The notes beneath the pieces were generated by a model. The model saw only the letters and a list, made by a program, of their open reading frames with translations, was not told the DNA's origin and made no database searches. 64,000 nt of DNA, taken from contig CBDFFH010000015.1 in the NCBI GenBank assembly GCA_965246715.1, positions 352,001-416,000 on the forward strand, read 5' to 3'. Positions 1 through 9,805 of the stretch are shown in pieces. Within the stretch, counting starts at the first letter, position 1. Each line of letters opens with the position of its first letter. The DNA is from Chamaesiphon sp. Lineage in GTDB: Bacteria > Cyanobacteriota > Cyanobacteriia > Cyanobacteriales > Chamaesiphonaceae. Position numbers and translations under genes: made by a program.

Positions 1-130
1 TTAAATGCTCAGAGAGCTAGCTACTTAGCGACTAACGCTCGCGCAGAAAATTGCCCAGTTATACTCCTAAATTTAACAGATTTCGATCGAATAGATAGAT
101 CGAGTCTGACAGTGGGCATACTGTAAAGCT

Positions 131-308
131 AAGGAGATAACTACAGCAGCGATGACTCAATCTTCATTTCCCAACCAGGCATCGATCGTCCGTAATGATT
201 TTTTTCCTTTTGGCAATAAAAGGAGATAACTACAGCAGCTATGACTCAATCTTCATTTCCGAAACGGGCGTTAATCGTCCGCAACGACTTTTCTCCTTTT
301 GGCAATAA
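131..308 (+). repeat. 89-bp tandem duplication of the pilB RBS and first 22 codons
   Basis: 131-219 vs 220-308 both start AAGGAGATAACTACAGCAGC and end TTTTGGCAATAA; 11 mismatches by manual alignment. Confidence 0.95.
152..229 (+). CDS. Putative 25-aa upstream ORF paralogous to the PilB N-terminus (MTQSSFPNQASIVRNDFFPFGNKRR)
   Basis: Has its own AAGGAG RBS and ATG at 152; TAA at 227-229 lies next to the pilB RBS; translation not demonstrated. Confidence 0.45.
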   Translation: MTQSSFPNQASIVRNDFFPFGNKRR

Positions 309-2232
309 GCTGATTCAATCGGGTTATGTCAATGCCGAACAGCTCAAACAAGCATTGGTTGATAGTCGAGCCAATAGCCATCCGCTCACGGACGTGCTGG
401 AATCGATGACAGGCAAAACTTTGCCTGCCGAGTTACAGCATCAATACAAAAAACAACAGCTCTTTGAACTTAAGATTGTCTATGGGTTGAATGCGGTAGA
501 TATTACGTCCGATCGAGTCAATAAGCTGCAAGTCGGTCAATTAATTAAAACTTTTATTTCGGTTGATAGTTGTCGGCAACTTAAATTATTACCGATCGGC
601 AAAACAGATGGCGATCCGCCGATCCTGACTGTGGCGATGATCGACCCAGCGAATCTTCAAGTTAAAAACGATTTAGATAAGATTCTCCGGCCGCATGGGA
701 TCGCTTGGCGGAGTGAAGTCATCGCTCCAGAAGATTATCAAAAACTCCTCGATGGTTACTTGGACGAACGCATCCAGCAGGATGAAGACGATAATTCCAA
801 AAAAAATCTCAATATCGAACTCGAGAATTTTGATACGCCTGAGTTAGGTAATGCTGAAGAGGAGATGAACGACGAGATCGACGTTCAAGGTGCAGAAGCT
901 GCTCCCGTCGTCAAGTTGGTCAACCAAATCCTCGCTAAAGGCTTGGTCGAAAAAGTTTCGGATATCCACATCGAGCCGCAAGAAGAAGGCTTGAGAATTC
1001 GCTTCCGCAAGGATGGGGTATTACGCGAAGCTTTCCCCATGTTGCCGAAACATATTATTCCCGCTGTCATCTCCCGCTTCAAAATTATTGCTGAGTTGGA
1101 TATTGCCGAGCGGCGATTGCCGCAAGATGGCCGGATCCGGCGTACATTTGAAGGTCGCAAAGTAGACTTTCGGATGAGTACGCTGCCCAGTCGGTACGGG
1201 GAAAAAGTCTGTATGCGGATCTTGGATAACTCTTCTACTCAGCTGGGTTTGGATAAATTAATCAGCGATCTGCCGACACTCCAACTCGTTCGCGACATGG
1301 GGAGCCGTCCGTTTGGCTTGATTTTGGTCACGGGGCCGACTGGTTCGGGTAAGTCTACCACTCTCTATTCACTCCTGGCCGAACGTAACGATCCGGGCGT
1401 GAATATCAGTACTGCCGAAGACCCGATCGAATATGCCCTGCCAGGTATCAATCAGGTGCAGGTAATTCGAGAAAAAGGGATGAACTTCGCTTCGATCCTC
1501 CGCGCCTTTATGCGGCAAGATCCCGACATTATCCTCGTTGGTGAGACTCGCGACCAAGAGACGGCCAAAACATCGATGGAAGCCGCACTCACCGGTCACA
1601 TGGTCATGACCACTTTACACACTAACGACGCGGCAGGATCGATCGCGAGGCTTGATGAAATGGGCGTAGAACCATTCATGGTCTCTGCCGCACTGATCGG
1701 TGTCGTCGCCCAACGGCTGCTCCGCCGAGTGTGTGTGGAATGTCGTCACCCTTATACGCCTAGCCGAGAAGAACTAGCTCGTTTCGGTCTATCGGCTTCT
1801 GGCGAGAGTGTCATCACCTTCTACAAAGCTAATGACTTGACAATCGAGGCGATCGAATCTGCCAAAGCTGAAGGACGACTTTGTAAAAACTGCAATGGGG
1901 TCGGTTATCGCGGGCGGATTGGGGTCTATGAGGTCATGCAAGTTACCGATGAGCTAGCCACTCTCATCAATCAACGGGCACCCTCCGCCATCATCAAGGA
2001 AACCGCAGTGCAACAGGGAATGAAAACACTCCTGGCCTACAGTTTGCAGATGGTTCAAGAGGGGCATACCACGCTCACCGAGGTAGAGCGAGTCACTTTC
2101 ACCGACTCCGGTTTGGAAGCCGAACTCAAAGCCAAACGCAAAACCACGCTCACCTGCGGCACCTGTAGCGCCGAACTCAAACCCGAATGGCTCGATTGTC
2201 CCTACTGCATGACTCCGAGGTTTAGTGAATAG
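241..2232 (+). CDS. pilB: Type IV pilus assembly ATPase PilB (GspE/PulE family) with C-terminal Cys4 zinc-ribbon
   Basis: Walker A GPTGSGKST, EDPIEY, RQDPDIILVGE, TLHTND, CxxC pairs, C-terminal CGTC...CPYC; pilB-pilT-pilC order. Confidence 0.96.
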   Translation: MTQSSFPKRALIVRNDFSPFGNKLIQSGYVNAEQLKQALVDSRANSHPLTDVLESMTGKTLPAELQHQYKKQQLFELKIVYGLNAVDITSDRVNKLQVGQLIKTFISVDSCRQLKLLPIGKTDGDPPILTVAMIDPANLQVKNDLDKILRPHGIAWRSEVIAPEDYQKLLDGYLDERIQQDEDDNSKKNLNIELENFDTPELGNAEEEMNDEIDVQGAEAAPVVKLVNQILAKGLVEKVSDIHIEPQEEGLRIRFRKDGVLREAFPMLPKHIIPAVISRFKIIAELDIAERRLPQDGRIRRTFEGRKVDFRMSTLPSRYGEKVCMRILDNSSTQLGLDKLISDLPTLQLVRDMGSRPFGLILVTGPTGSGKSTTLYSLLAERNDPGVNISTAEDPIEYALPGINQVQVIREKGMNFASILRAFMRQDPDIILVGETRDQETAKTSMEAALTGHMVMTTLHTNDAAGSIARLDEMGVEPFMVSAALIGVVAQRLLRRVCVECRHPYTPSREELARFGLSASGESVITFYKANDLTIEAIESAKAEGRLCKNCNGVGYRGRIGVYEVMQVTDELATLINQRAPSAIIKETAVQQGMKTLLAYSLQMVQEGHTTLTEVERVTFTDSGLEAELKAKRKTTLTCGTCSAELKPEWLDCPYCMTPRFSE

Positions 2233-2325
2233 CGAACAGTGAATGAACAAAATTCACTAGCACGCTTCAAATTTCCTAATTCCTAATTCCTAATCCTTAA
2301 CCCCTACCCCCTATTCCCTAAACTT

Positions 2326-3429
2326 ATGTCTGACTTAATGATCGAAGACCTGATGGAGCAACTCGTTGAGATGGGCGGCTCCGACATGCACATCCAGGCA
2401 GGGGCACCCGTCTACTTTCGAGTTAGCGGTAAACTCGCACCGATCGGTGAAGAACCGCTTAGCCCTCAAGATTGCCAAAAGCTGATCTTCAGTATGCTCA
2501 ATAATACTCAGCGGAAGGAACTAGAGCAAACTTGGGAAATCGATTGCTCTTATGGTGTGAAAGGGTTGGCTCGCTTTCGGGTCAATGTTTATAAAGAACG
2601 CGGTTGTTATGCTGCTTGTTTGCGGGCATTATCTTCCAAAATTCCGAACTTCGATCAAATGGGCTTGCCAGAAATCGTTAGGGAAATGAGCGGTCGGCCT
2701 CGGGGCTTGATTCTCGTTACCGGCCCGACGGGTTCTGGTAAAACTACCACGATGGCAGCGATGATCGACTTAATCAATCGGACGCGGGGCGAGCATATCC
2801 TGACGATCGAAGACCCGATCGAGTATGTTTTTTCCAACGTCAAAAGCCTGATTCACCAGCGTCAAAAAGGTGAAGATACTAAAAGTTTTTCTAATGCGCT
2901 CAGAGCAGCTTTGCGCGAAGATCCAGACGTGATTCTGGTGGGAGAATTGCGGGACTTAGAAACTATCAGTTTAGCAATTAGTGCTGCCGAAACCGGGCAC
3001 TTAGTTATGGGCACGCTCCATACCAGCTCTGCCGCTCAGACGATCGATCGGATGTTAGACGTTTTCCCTCCCGAACAACAACCGCAAATCCGCGCCCAGT
3101 TGTCTAATTCGCTAGTTGCGGTCTTCAGTCAGGCTCTCGTCCAAAAGAGAAAACCCAAGCCAGGTGAATACGGACGAGTGCTAGTTCAGGAAATCATGAT
3201 CGTCACACCCGCGATCTCTAACCTGATTCGGGAAGGTAAAAGCGCCCAAATCTATAGTGCGATTCAAACCGGAGCAAAATTAGGGATGAATACGATGGAA
3301 TCGATTCTTGCCAAACATATTCGCGAGGGCACGATTTCCTTTGAGGTTGGTGTCTCCAAGTCTTCCAGACCAGACGAACTCCAACGTTTGATCGGTGCTA
3401 CCCCAATGGCACCAACAAATGGACGGTAA
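2326..3429 (+). CDS. pilT: Twitching motility retraction ATPase PilT
   Basis: GSDMHI, GPTGSGKTT, EDPIEY, ALREDPDVILVGE, AISNLIRE motif. Confidence 0.96.
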   Translation: MSDLMIEDLMEQLVEMGGSDMHIQAGAPVYFRVSGKLAPIGEEPLSPQDCQKLIFSMLNNTQRKELEQTWEIDCSYGVKGLARFRVNVYKERGCYAACLRALSSKIPNFDQMGLPEIVREMSGRPRGLILVTGPTGSGKTTTMAAMIDLINRTRGEHILTIEDPIEYVFSNVKSLIHQRQKGEDTKSFSNALRAALREDPDVILVGELRDLETISLAISAAETGHLVMGTLHTSSAAQTIDRMLDVFPPEQQPQIRAQLSNSLVAVFSQALVQKRKPKPGEYGRVLVQEIMIVTPAISNLIREGKSAQIYSAIQTGAKLGMNTMESILAKHIREGTISFEVGVSKSSRPDELQRLIGATPMAPTNGR

Positions 3430-3500
3430 GAGATAGGGGCTATGGGAAAGGGGAGATAACCATTCACTATTCACTATTCACTATTCACTAAAAAACTATT

Positions 3501-4727
3501 ATGCCAACTTTTATAGCTGAAGTCCGCGACGCTCAGGGTAATACCAAGCAAGAAAAAGTCGATGCGCAAACAGTAGATTCGGCCCGCAAACAGCTCAAGA
3601 AAAAATATCAATTCATTCAAAATATTCGACCCGTTCGTTCTTTTGATGTCACCAAGATCGATTTCCAAGACATCGAAGCAGCCATGAATCCGGTGACGAT
3701 TAGGGATAAAGCGGTGTTCTCCCGCCAATTTGCTGCGATGGTAAATGCTGGAGTCGCCATGGTGCGATGCTTGACTGTCCTCTCGGAGCAGTGTGGTAAT
3801 CCTAGACTGCGGAAAGTACTCAGTCAAGTCAGTGTCGATGTTCAGCAAGGGATTAACCTCTCCGATGCGATGCGTCGTCACCCAGAATGTTTTGACATGC
3901 TGTATGTCAGTATGGTGCAAGCTGGTGAAGTGGGTGGGGTGCTCGATGAAGTGCTCAATCGGTTAGCTAAAGTCCTCGAGGATATGTCGCGCCTCAAAAA
4001 CCAAGTCAAAGGAGCAATGGCTTATCCCGTTGCTGTCGGGATTTTAGCAATTTTAGTCTTCTTAGGGATGACGATCTTCTTAATTCCAGTTTTTGCAAAT
4101 ATTTTCACAGGATTGGGAACGGAGTTACCTGGCTTAACCTTGTTTATGTTGGGTGTCAGTCGTGTCTTGACTAGCTGGATGGCAATCATTCCAGTCATTA
4201 CGATCGGTGGGTTGATATTTGCTTATAATCAGTATTACAAAACCCCGATCGGTAAGCTGACAATGGATCGGTTCTTCCTCAAAATGCCGATTTTGGGGGA
4301 CTTAAATGAAAAATCCGCTACCGCACGGTTCTGTCGAATTTTTGGGACGCTCACGCGATCGGGGGTACCGATTTTAAACTCGCTGGATATCGTGCGCGAT
4401 ACAGCCGGTAATCAAGTAATTGCTAATGCGATCGAGAAATCTAAACTAGAAGTCCAGCAAGGTGGGATGTTAAGTAATGCGCTGATGCGCGAAAAAGCCT
4501 TTCCACCATTGGCAATTCAAATGATCAGTATCGGCGAAGAAACTGGAGAACTAGATACGATGATGATGAAAGTTGCTGACTTCTATGAAGATGAAGTCGA
4601 ACAAGCCGTCAAAGCCCTCACCAGTATCATCGAACCGATTATGATGGTGTTTCTTGCGGGGATGGTAGCGGTAATTCTGCTATCGATGTATCTCCCAATG
4701 TTCAAAGTATTCGAGAAACTTGGATAG
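3501..4727 (+). CDS. pilC: Type IV pilus platform protein PilC (GspF family)
   Basis: FSRQFAAMVNAGV, AGEVGGVLDEVL, IGEETGELD; TM segments; operon context. Confidence 0.96.
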   Translation: MPTFIAEVRDAQGNTKQEKVDAQTVDSARKQLKKKYQFIQNIRPVRSFDVTKIDFQDIEAAMNPVTIRDKAVFSRQFAAMVNAGVAMVRCLTVLSEQCGNPRLRKVLSQVSVDVQQGINLSDAMRRHPECFDMLYVSMVQAGEVGGVLDEVLNRLAKVLEDMSRLKNQVKGAMAYPVAVGILAILVFLGMTIFLIPVFANIFTGLGTELPGLTLFMLGVSRVLTSWMAIIPVITIGGLIFAYNQYYKTPIGKLTMDRFFLKMPILGDLNEKSATARFCRIFGTLTRSGVPILNSLDIVRDTAGNQVIANAIEKSKLEVQQGGMLSNALMREKAFPPLAIQMISIGEETGELDTMMMKVADFYEDEVEQAVKALTSIIEPIMMVFLAGMVAVILLSMYLPMFKVFEKLG

Positions 4728-4740
4728 TCGATTTCAAATC

Positions 4741-4784
4741 TAAATTAGATAAAAAGGGGCTTAAGCCCCTTTTTATCTAATTTA
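4741..4784. terminator. Intrinsic terminator after pilC (44-bp perfect palindrome)
   Basis: TAAATTAGATAAAAAGGGGCTT|AAGCCCCTTTTTATCTAATTTA with a T-tract after the GC stem on either strand. Confidence 0.8.
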
Positions 4785-4844
4785 TAGATCGCGGTCGTCT
4801 AAATATTAATGTGAGTCAGTAGTCCATAATTCCTAATTTTTACC

Positions 4845-5438
4845 GTGTCTATTCAGCCATCAGACTACGAAGAACTTTTAGCTCGATACAGTCATCACAC
4901 TGAGGCGATCGAATTACTCAAGCAGTATCGTCCATACCTGGAGATGATTCCCAGCATCCGCCGATCGGAGGAAAGTTTGATTACAATGCCCTTACCAGTA
5001 GTTAAACTGCGCAAGGTAATTATCGGTCAAAAAATCAATGAATTATCGCCGATTACTGCCACATCTAAAACGATTTTACTACCATGCGATCTTGCCTATC
5101 TCATGTGCGATCCTGAGTGGAAAATTAAGATGGGTGGCGAAATTTTTATCTTCATTCAGCGCCCCGAAGAAGATCTCTCAGATCTACTTAGTCGCTGGCG
5201 ACAGACTCAGATATTATTAGACCATGATTATGAATGGGTAATGCCGCAATATTATCGGCATATCATCAGTGAAGGTGCCGAGCATCTTTATCCATTATTC
5301 GTGTTATTTAGTCAGACCGAAGAACGCATCAGGCAAGGACTGATCGGAGCACACTTACCATTTACAACCGCAATAGATCGGCCACAAGATCGATCCGAAC
5401 TAATTGCTCCTCAGGATAACGAGCGAGCGGATTGTTAA
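4845..5438 (+). CDS. Conserved cyanobacterial hypothetical protein
   Basis: 197-aa ORF with GTG start and protein-like composition (LMCDPEWKIK, RWRQTQ). Confidence 0.75.
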   Translation: MSIQPSDYEELLARYSHHTEAIELLKQYRPYLEMIPSIRRSEESLITMPLPVVKLRKVIIGQKINELSPITATSKTILLPCDLAYLMCDPEWKIKMGGEIFIFIQRPEEDLSDLLSRWRQTQILLDHDYEWVMPQYYRHIISEGAEHLYPLFVLFSQTEERIRQGLIGAHLPFTTAIDRPQDRSELIAPQDNERADC

Positions 5439-5479
5439 TGCGATCGGGTAAATCTATTCATGGCCGCTAAACATCGAGA

Positions 5480-6148
5480 TTAAACTTTGACTTTGTAATG
5501 TAAAAACAACTCTTGCTCGACGCGATCGACACTTAATAATTCTAATCTCGGCGCTAATTCTGGTGTAAATCCACCACCAGATACGGGACTTGGTGCGCTA
5601 CTTCCGCCATAAATAAATGGGCAAACAGTCAACCACAACTCATCGATAAAATTAGCCGCAAATAAACTAGCAGCTAATTCCGAACCGCCCAAAAAACAGA
5701 TAGTTTGAATCCCTAATGCTGTCAACTGACTAGTTACAGCTTGCCAATCGATATCCTCATCGGGAGTTTCGCAGACTAACACGCGATCGAATTTACTCAG
5801 ATCTTCCCAATCGGTAGCGCCGTTTTTAGTCGTTATCAACCAGCGCGAAATCGGTTGACTAAAGAATGTTGCTGCTCGATCGAGTTTACCAGTGCGCGAA
5901 CAGACGATTTGAATCGGTTGTGGTGCCTGTCCGCGATTGGTTCTAGCTTGAATCAATTCCGGTTTAGCTACTAGCACTGTTTCACCCCCATCCTTGAGGG
6001 TACCGCTACCGACGAGAATTGCATCCGCTGCCGCCATTTGCTCCTCTAGATGAGCATAATCGCGTTTCGAGCCGAATGTTGGGGGTGACTTCCGCGCATC
6101 AGAAATCTTCCCATCCGCTGTCATTGCTAGCACTAAAGTTGTCTTCAT
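5480..6148 (-). CDS. RibD C-terminal (DHFR-like reductase) domain protein
   Basis: LAMTADGKI, DAILVGSGT, LGGSELA, IDELWLTVCPFIYGG. Confidence 0.88.
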   Translation of the reverse strand: MKTTLVLAMTADGKISDARKSPPTFGSKRDYAHLEEQMAAADAILVGSGTLKDGGETVLVAKPELIQARTNRGQAPQPIQIVCSRTGKLDRAATFFSQPISRWLITTKNGATDWEDLSKFDRVLVCETPDEDIDWQAVTSQLTALGIQTICFLGGSELAASLFAANFIDELWLTVCPFIYGGSSAPSPVSGGGFTPELAPRLELLSVDRVEQELFLHYKVKV

Positions 6149-6202
6149 CGAGTTATTCGAGCAGCGCTCCGCCAGAGATACATTTCAACTCCTGCTAGCC
6201 AC

Positions 6203-7174
6203 TTAATATAATCTCTTCAACACGTAATCTGCCATCTCAACCAATGCTTGGAGCGAAGCCGAGTCGGGTAAATCGGTCAGTTGGGCGACAGCAAGTTGAG
6301 CGTGATGCTGCGCTAGCGCGCGAGATTTGGCAATACCTTCACTCTCATGTACCAAGCTTAAAGCCTTCTCTAAATCGGAGATATCCTCAAATTCAGTGGC
6401 GATTAGCTCGGTTAGTTGGGGATATTCCTGGAGCGCATACAATGTTGGTGCGGTTAAATTCCCACTAGCTAAATCGGAGCCAGCAGGTTTACCGAGGACT
6501 TCAGCCGATGCGGTAAAATCGAGAATATCATCGACAATTTGGAAAGCTAAGCCTAAATTTCGCCCGTACAGATACAGTTTTTCGCAGGTTTCGGCAGACA
6601 CTTCGCTGAGTTTGCCAGCAGCTTTGGCGCTATTTGCCAGCAAAGAGGCTGTTTTATAATAACTCTTCTCTAAATAAGCTTCGATCGAGAAATCCGTCTC
6701 AAAGGCATTCAACCCTTGCTGAATTTCGCCTTCAGCTAAGTCCATAATCACCTGTGACAGTAGTTTCACTACTTCGAGGTTATCGAGATTGGCTAGATAC
6801 CAAGAGGACTGAGCAAACAAAAAATCGCCAGCTAATACAGCAACTCGATTGTCGAATAAGCTATGAACGGTCGGTACACCCCTACGAGTATCAGCGGTAT
6901 CTACCACATCATCATGTACTAGGCTCGCCGTATGGATCATCTCGGTAATTTCGGCAAGTCGGCGGTGACGCGGGGTCAAATCTTCCCCAGGTAGCGTCGC
7001 TCGGGCGATTAGCAGGACGATGGCTGGGCGCAAACGTTTTCCCCCAGCCCCAAAAAGGTGTTCGGCTGCTGCGTATAAAATTGGGTGACGGGCACCGACG
7101 AGATTTTTGAGGTTCTCCGTCAAAACTACCAAGTCAGCTTCAACAGGGGCAAATAGGGATTTCACTGAGGTCAT
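6203..7174 (-). CDS. sds: Solanesyl diphosphate synthase
   Basis: GGKRLRP, LVHDDVVD (FARM), FQIVDDILD (SARM); amiC-murI-sds synteny. Confidence 0.93.
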   Translation of the reverse strand: MTSVKSLFAPVEADLVVLTENLKNLVGARHPILYAAAEHLFGAGGKRLRPAIVLLIARATLPGEDLTPRHRRLAEITEMIHTASLVHDDVVDTADTRRGVPTVHSLFDNRVAVLAGDFLFAQSSWYLANLDNLEVVKLLSQVIMDLAEGEIQQGLNAFETDFSIEAYLEKSYYKTASLLANSAKAAGKLSEVSAETCEKLYLYGRNLGLAFQIVDDILDFTASAEVLGKPAGSDLASGNLTAPTLYALQEYPQLTELIATEFEDISDLEKALSLVHESEGIAKSRALAQHHAQLAVAQLTDLPDSASLQALVEMADYVLKRLY

Positions 7175-7198
7175 CGATCGGGCGGCTCAGAGGGTGAG

Positions 7199-7216
7199 TT
7201 TACGAAAGTTTACATA
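7199..7216 (+). promoter_or_regulatory. Putative HLR1 (RpaB) direct repeat upstream of sds
   Basis: TTTACGAA-AG-TTTACATA fits (G/T)TTACA(T/A)(T/A)-N2 repeat with one mismatch, 25 bp upstream of the sds start. Confidence 0.5.
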
Positions 7217-7388
7217 CATTCTAAGCTATTTTCGCTCTGGAGTGGGAATTTACGCCGATCGGCAGATGTAGACTCTGGTTGGGCGGATGGAAGAGAGATG
7301 AGAAAGGGGAAAGAGGAGACGAGGGCGGTAATCGTAGTAAATCGGATCTTAGATTGTTAACGCCCCGATCTTACGATCGGGAGTCGAT

Positions 7389-8225
7389 CTAAACCGCCAT
7401 CGTTAACACAACTTGTTCGACTAAAGATTTAGCTGACAGCCATTGAGCGGCTAGCTCGGCAAACTGCTCGGGGTCACCACTAACTGTAAATCTTGTTGGC
7501 AAAGCTCTGCCGTAGTGTTGAAGCCCTAATAGTTTGAGTTCGTTGGCCGCAGCGGCGACGACGTTGACGGCAGGGTTGATAAATCTGACGCTGTGGGGCA
7601 CAAATTGGCGCAACACGGGTTCTAGATGTGGATAGTGAGTACAACCGTAGACTAAGGTATCGACCGATCGATCCAAGAGTGGTTGCAGATATTCTTTGGC
7701 AATAGCTAAAGTATAAGGCTCGGTTAAGCGATTGCTCTCGATTAACGGCACGAACTCAGGACAAGCTACTTGCCAAACTTGGGTGCGCGGATTTGCTTCC
7801 CTAATCGCTAACAGATAAGCATTACTGTTGACAGTCGCGGGCGTAGCAATCACACCGATCCTCCGCCCTTGAAGTGCAGCGGCTCTGGCTCCCGGTAAAA
7901 TTACACCTAAAATCGGGAAATCATATTCACCGCGAACGGCTTCTAGTGCTAGCGCCGAACTGGTATTACAGGCCATTATTGCCATCTTAACCCGATTTTG
8001 ACCCATCCAATTGAGGGTTTCGCGAGTAAATGTTAAAATCTCTGCCGCACTGCGGTTGCCATAAGGTACTCTAGCCGTATCTCCAAAGTACAACACGGAC
8101 TCGTTCGGCAATTGCCGATAGATTTCCTGCAAGACTGTCAATCCCCCCACGCCACTGTCAAATACGCCTATTCTCGCAACTTCGTCTGACTGACCGTGTT
8201 GACTGGGGATGAATCTGTCTTGCAT
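7389..8225 (-). CDS. murI: Glutamate racemase
   Basis: FDSGVGGLTV, ACNTSS, GCTHYP catalytic Cys motifs. Confidence 0.96.
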   Translation of the reverse strand: MQDRFIPSQHGQSDEVARIGVFDSGVGGLTVLQEIYRQLPNESVLYFGDTARVPYGNRSAAEILTFTRETLNWMGQNRVKMAIMACNTSSALALEAVRGEYDFPILGVILPGARAAALQGRRIGVIATPATVNSNAYLLAIREANPRTQVWQVACPEFVPLIESNRLTEPYTLAIAKEYLQPLLDRSVDTLVYGCTHYPHLEPVLRQFVPHSVRFINPAVNVVAAAANELKLLGLQHYGRALPTRFTVSGDPEQFAELAAQWLSAKSLVEQVVLTMAV

Positions 8226-8293
8226 ATACCAAAGAAAAAGTCGCGTAAGTAGTGTGGATAGTTGGTGCAGACTCTCCGTTGGGAGAATCTAAC

Positions 8294-9781
8294 TTAGTTA
8301 TGCTCCTTGACGTATTGGACGATCCCTTTGGCAATGGCTTCGGCCATTACTTTTTGATAATCATCGCGACGCAGCCGTGAGGACTCAGCTTCGCTAGTCA
8401 GATAACCAGTTTCGACTAGAATAGCGGGGATGGCGGATTTTCGCAAGACCAGAAACCGAGCAGATCGCACATTTCGATTGGCGATATAAAACCCGTTCTT
8501 GTTGACGTAATCTACCACGACACTATGAACGGTATCGGCGAAGGATTTGCCGAGATTGTAATGATATGTTTCTAGCCCATTCACGTCAGGGCGATTGTCG
8601 ATCGAGTTGGCATGGATGCTCACAAATAGCGTTGCCCCGGCATCGCGAGACATGGTGACCCGTTCGTCTAGCCCGACAAAATAGTCGCTGTTGCGCGTCA
8701 TTTTCACGGCAATTCCTTGCTTTTCTAACAGCTCGGCCACCCGCTTAGCCACTGGTAAAATTACATCGACCTCGCGCAGTCCACCCAAACCAATCGCACC
8801 TGGGTCTTTGCCTCCATGTCCGGGATCGAGCATGACGAGGACTCGCCCATTATTACTTCTAATCGATGGGGTCGAAGTATCTTGCTTGACTGCGGGACGG
8901 CTCACTGTGGGTCTAGAGACTGGGATCGTTACTTCGGTGGGACGGCTGGCGATCTGCACACTCCCAGCAGCAGGCTGTAAATACACCCAGCGATTGTCGA
9001 GATATTGGCGCACGATATCCGCTTTTACGCCATCAGCCCTACGGACGATGACATATACGTCATTACCTTGAGTGCCAACGGTGAGATAACGCTTGGATTC
9101 AGTCGGAACTTGATATTTATCGGTCAGTCTGGCATTAGGGATTGTAATCCGATAACTTCCGGCTCGCTCATCCCAGATCGTAGTGTACTTGAGCTGAGTC
9201 CTACTCTGGCGATCGGCTTGTACTAAAATTCCCGTGCGGGTCGGATCGATCGCAATATAATTAATCGGCGCGGCACTAGAGTTATTGACTACAACTACTT
9301 TTGGGCGCGCGGGTTGGGCGACGACGATCTGACCGCTCTCATTAAAGACAGCCACAGGGCCGATTGGCGCACCGCGTGGAAAAGATTTGAGCGATTGGGG
9401 TGTCGGAATTTGCACCGACCACTGTTGGGAATTAGTGGCTTGGATTAAGATCTGTTGAGGATCGAGCGCATAGTCAGGGTCGAGTTCTAATACCATTCTT
9501 GCGCGATCGGAATCGACTTGACCCACCCGCAACGATCTGAGACCGTTACTGAGTGTTTGGGATGAAGTAGGCTGCTTGAGCTTGGTATCGGGGAGATCGA
9601 CGATCAATCTACTGGGGTTAGCCAGAATTTGGGCTTCGGGTTTGACCGCTGCACTAGTATTAAAATCAATGCGATTTTCTACAGCGTTAAACTGCCACGA
9701 CAGAATTTCTGCCGCTGTGGCGGGCAGTTGCGATACCATCGCGAAACTAACAACACTGGGTAATAACCAGTTATATCTCAC
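8294..9781 (-). CDS. amiC: N-acetylmuramoyl-L-alanine amidase (AMIN + Amidase_3)
   Basis: Signal peptide, AMIN (NPSRLIVDLP), DPGHGGKDPGA, FVSIHAN, AILVETGY. Confidence 0.93.
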   Translation of the reverse strand: MRYNWLLPSVVSFAMVSQLPATAAEILSWQFNAVENRIDFNTSAAVKPEAQILANPSRLIVDLPDTKLKQPTSSQTLSNGLRSLRVGQVDSDRARMVLELDPDYALDPQQILIQATNSQQWSVQIPTPQSLKSFPRGAPIGPVAVFNESGQIVVAQPARPKVVVVNNSSAAPINYIAIDPTRTGILVQADRQSRTQLKYTTIWDERAGSYRITIPNARLTDKYQVPTESKRYLTVGTQGNDVYVIVRRADGVKADIVRQYLDNRWVYLQPAAGSVQIASRPTEVTIPVSRPTVSRPAVKQDTSTPSIRSNNGRVLVMLDPGHGGKDPGAIGLGGLREVDVILPVAKRVAELLEKQGIAVKMTRNSDYFVGLDERVTMSRDAGATLFVSIHANSIDNRPDVNGLETYHYNLGKSFADTVHSVVVDYVNKNGFYIANRNVRSARFLVLRKSAIPAILVETGYLTSEAESSRLRRDDYQKVMAEAIAKGIVQYVKEHN

Positions 9782-9805
9782 AATCCTTACTCCTAATGAT
9801 GGGAA

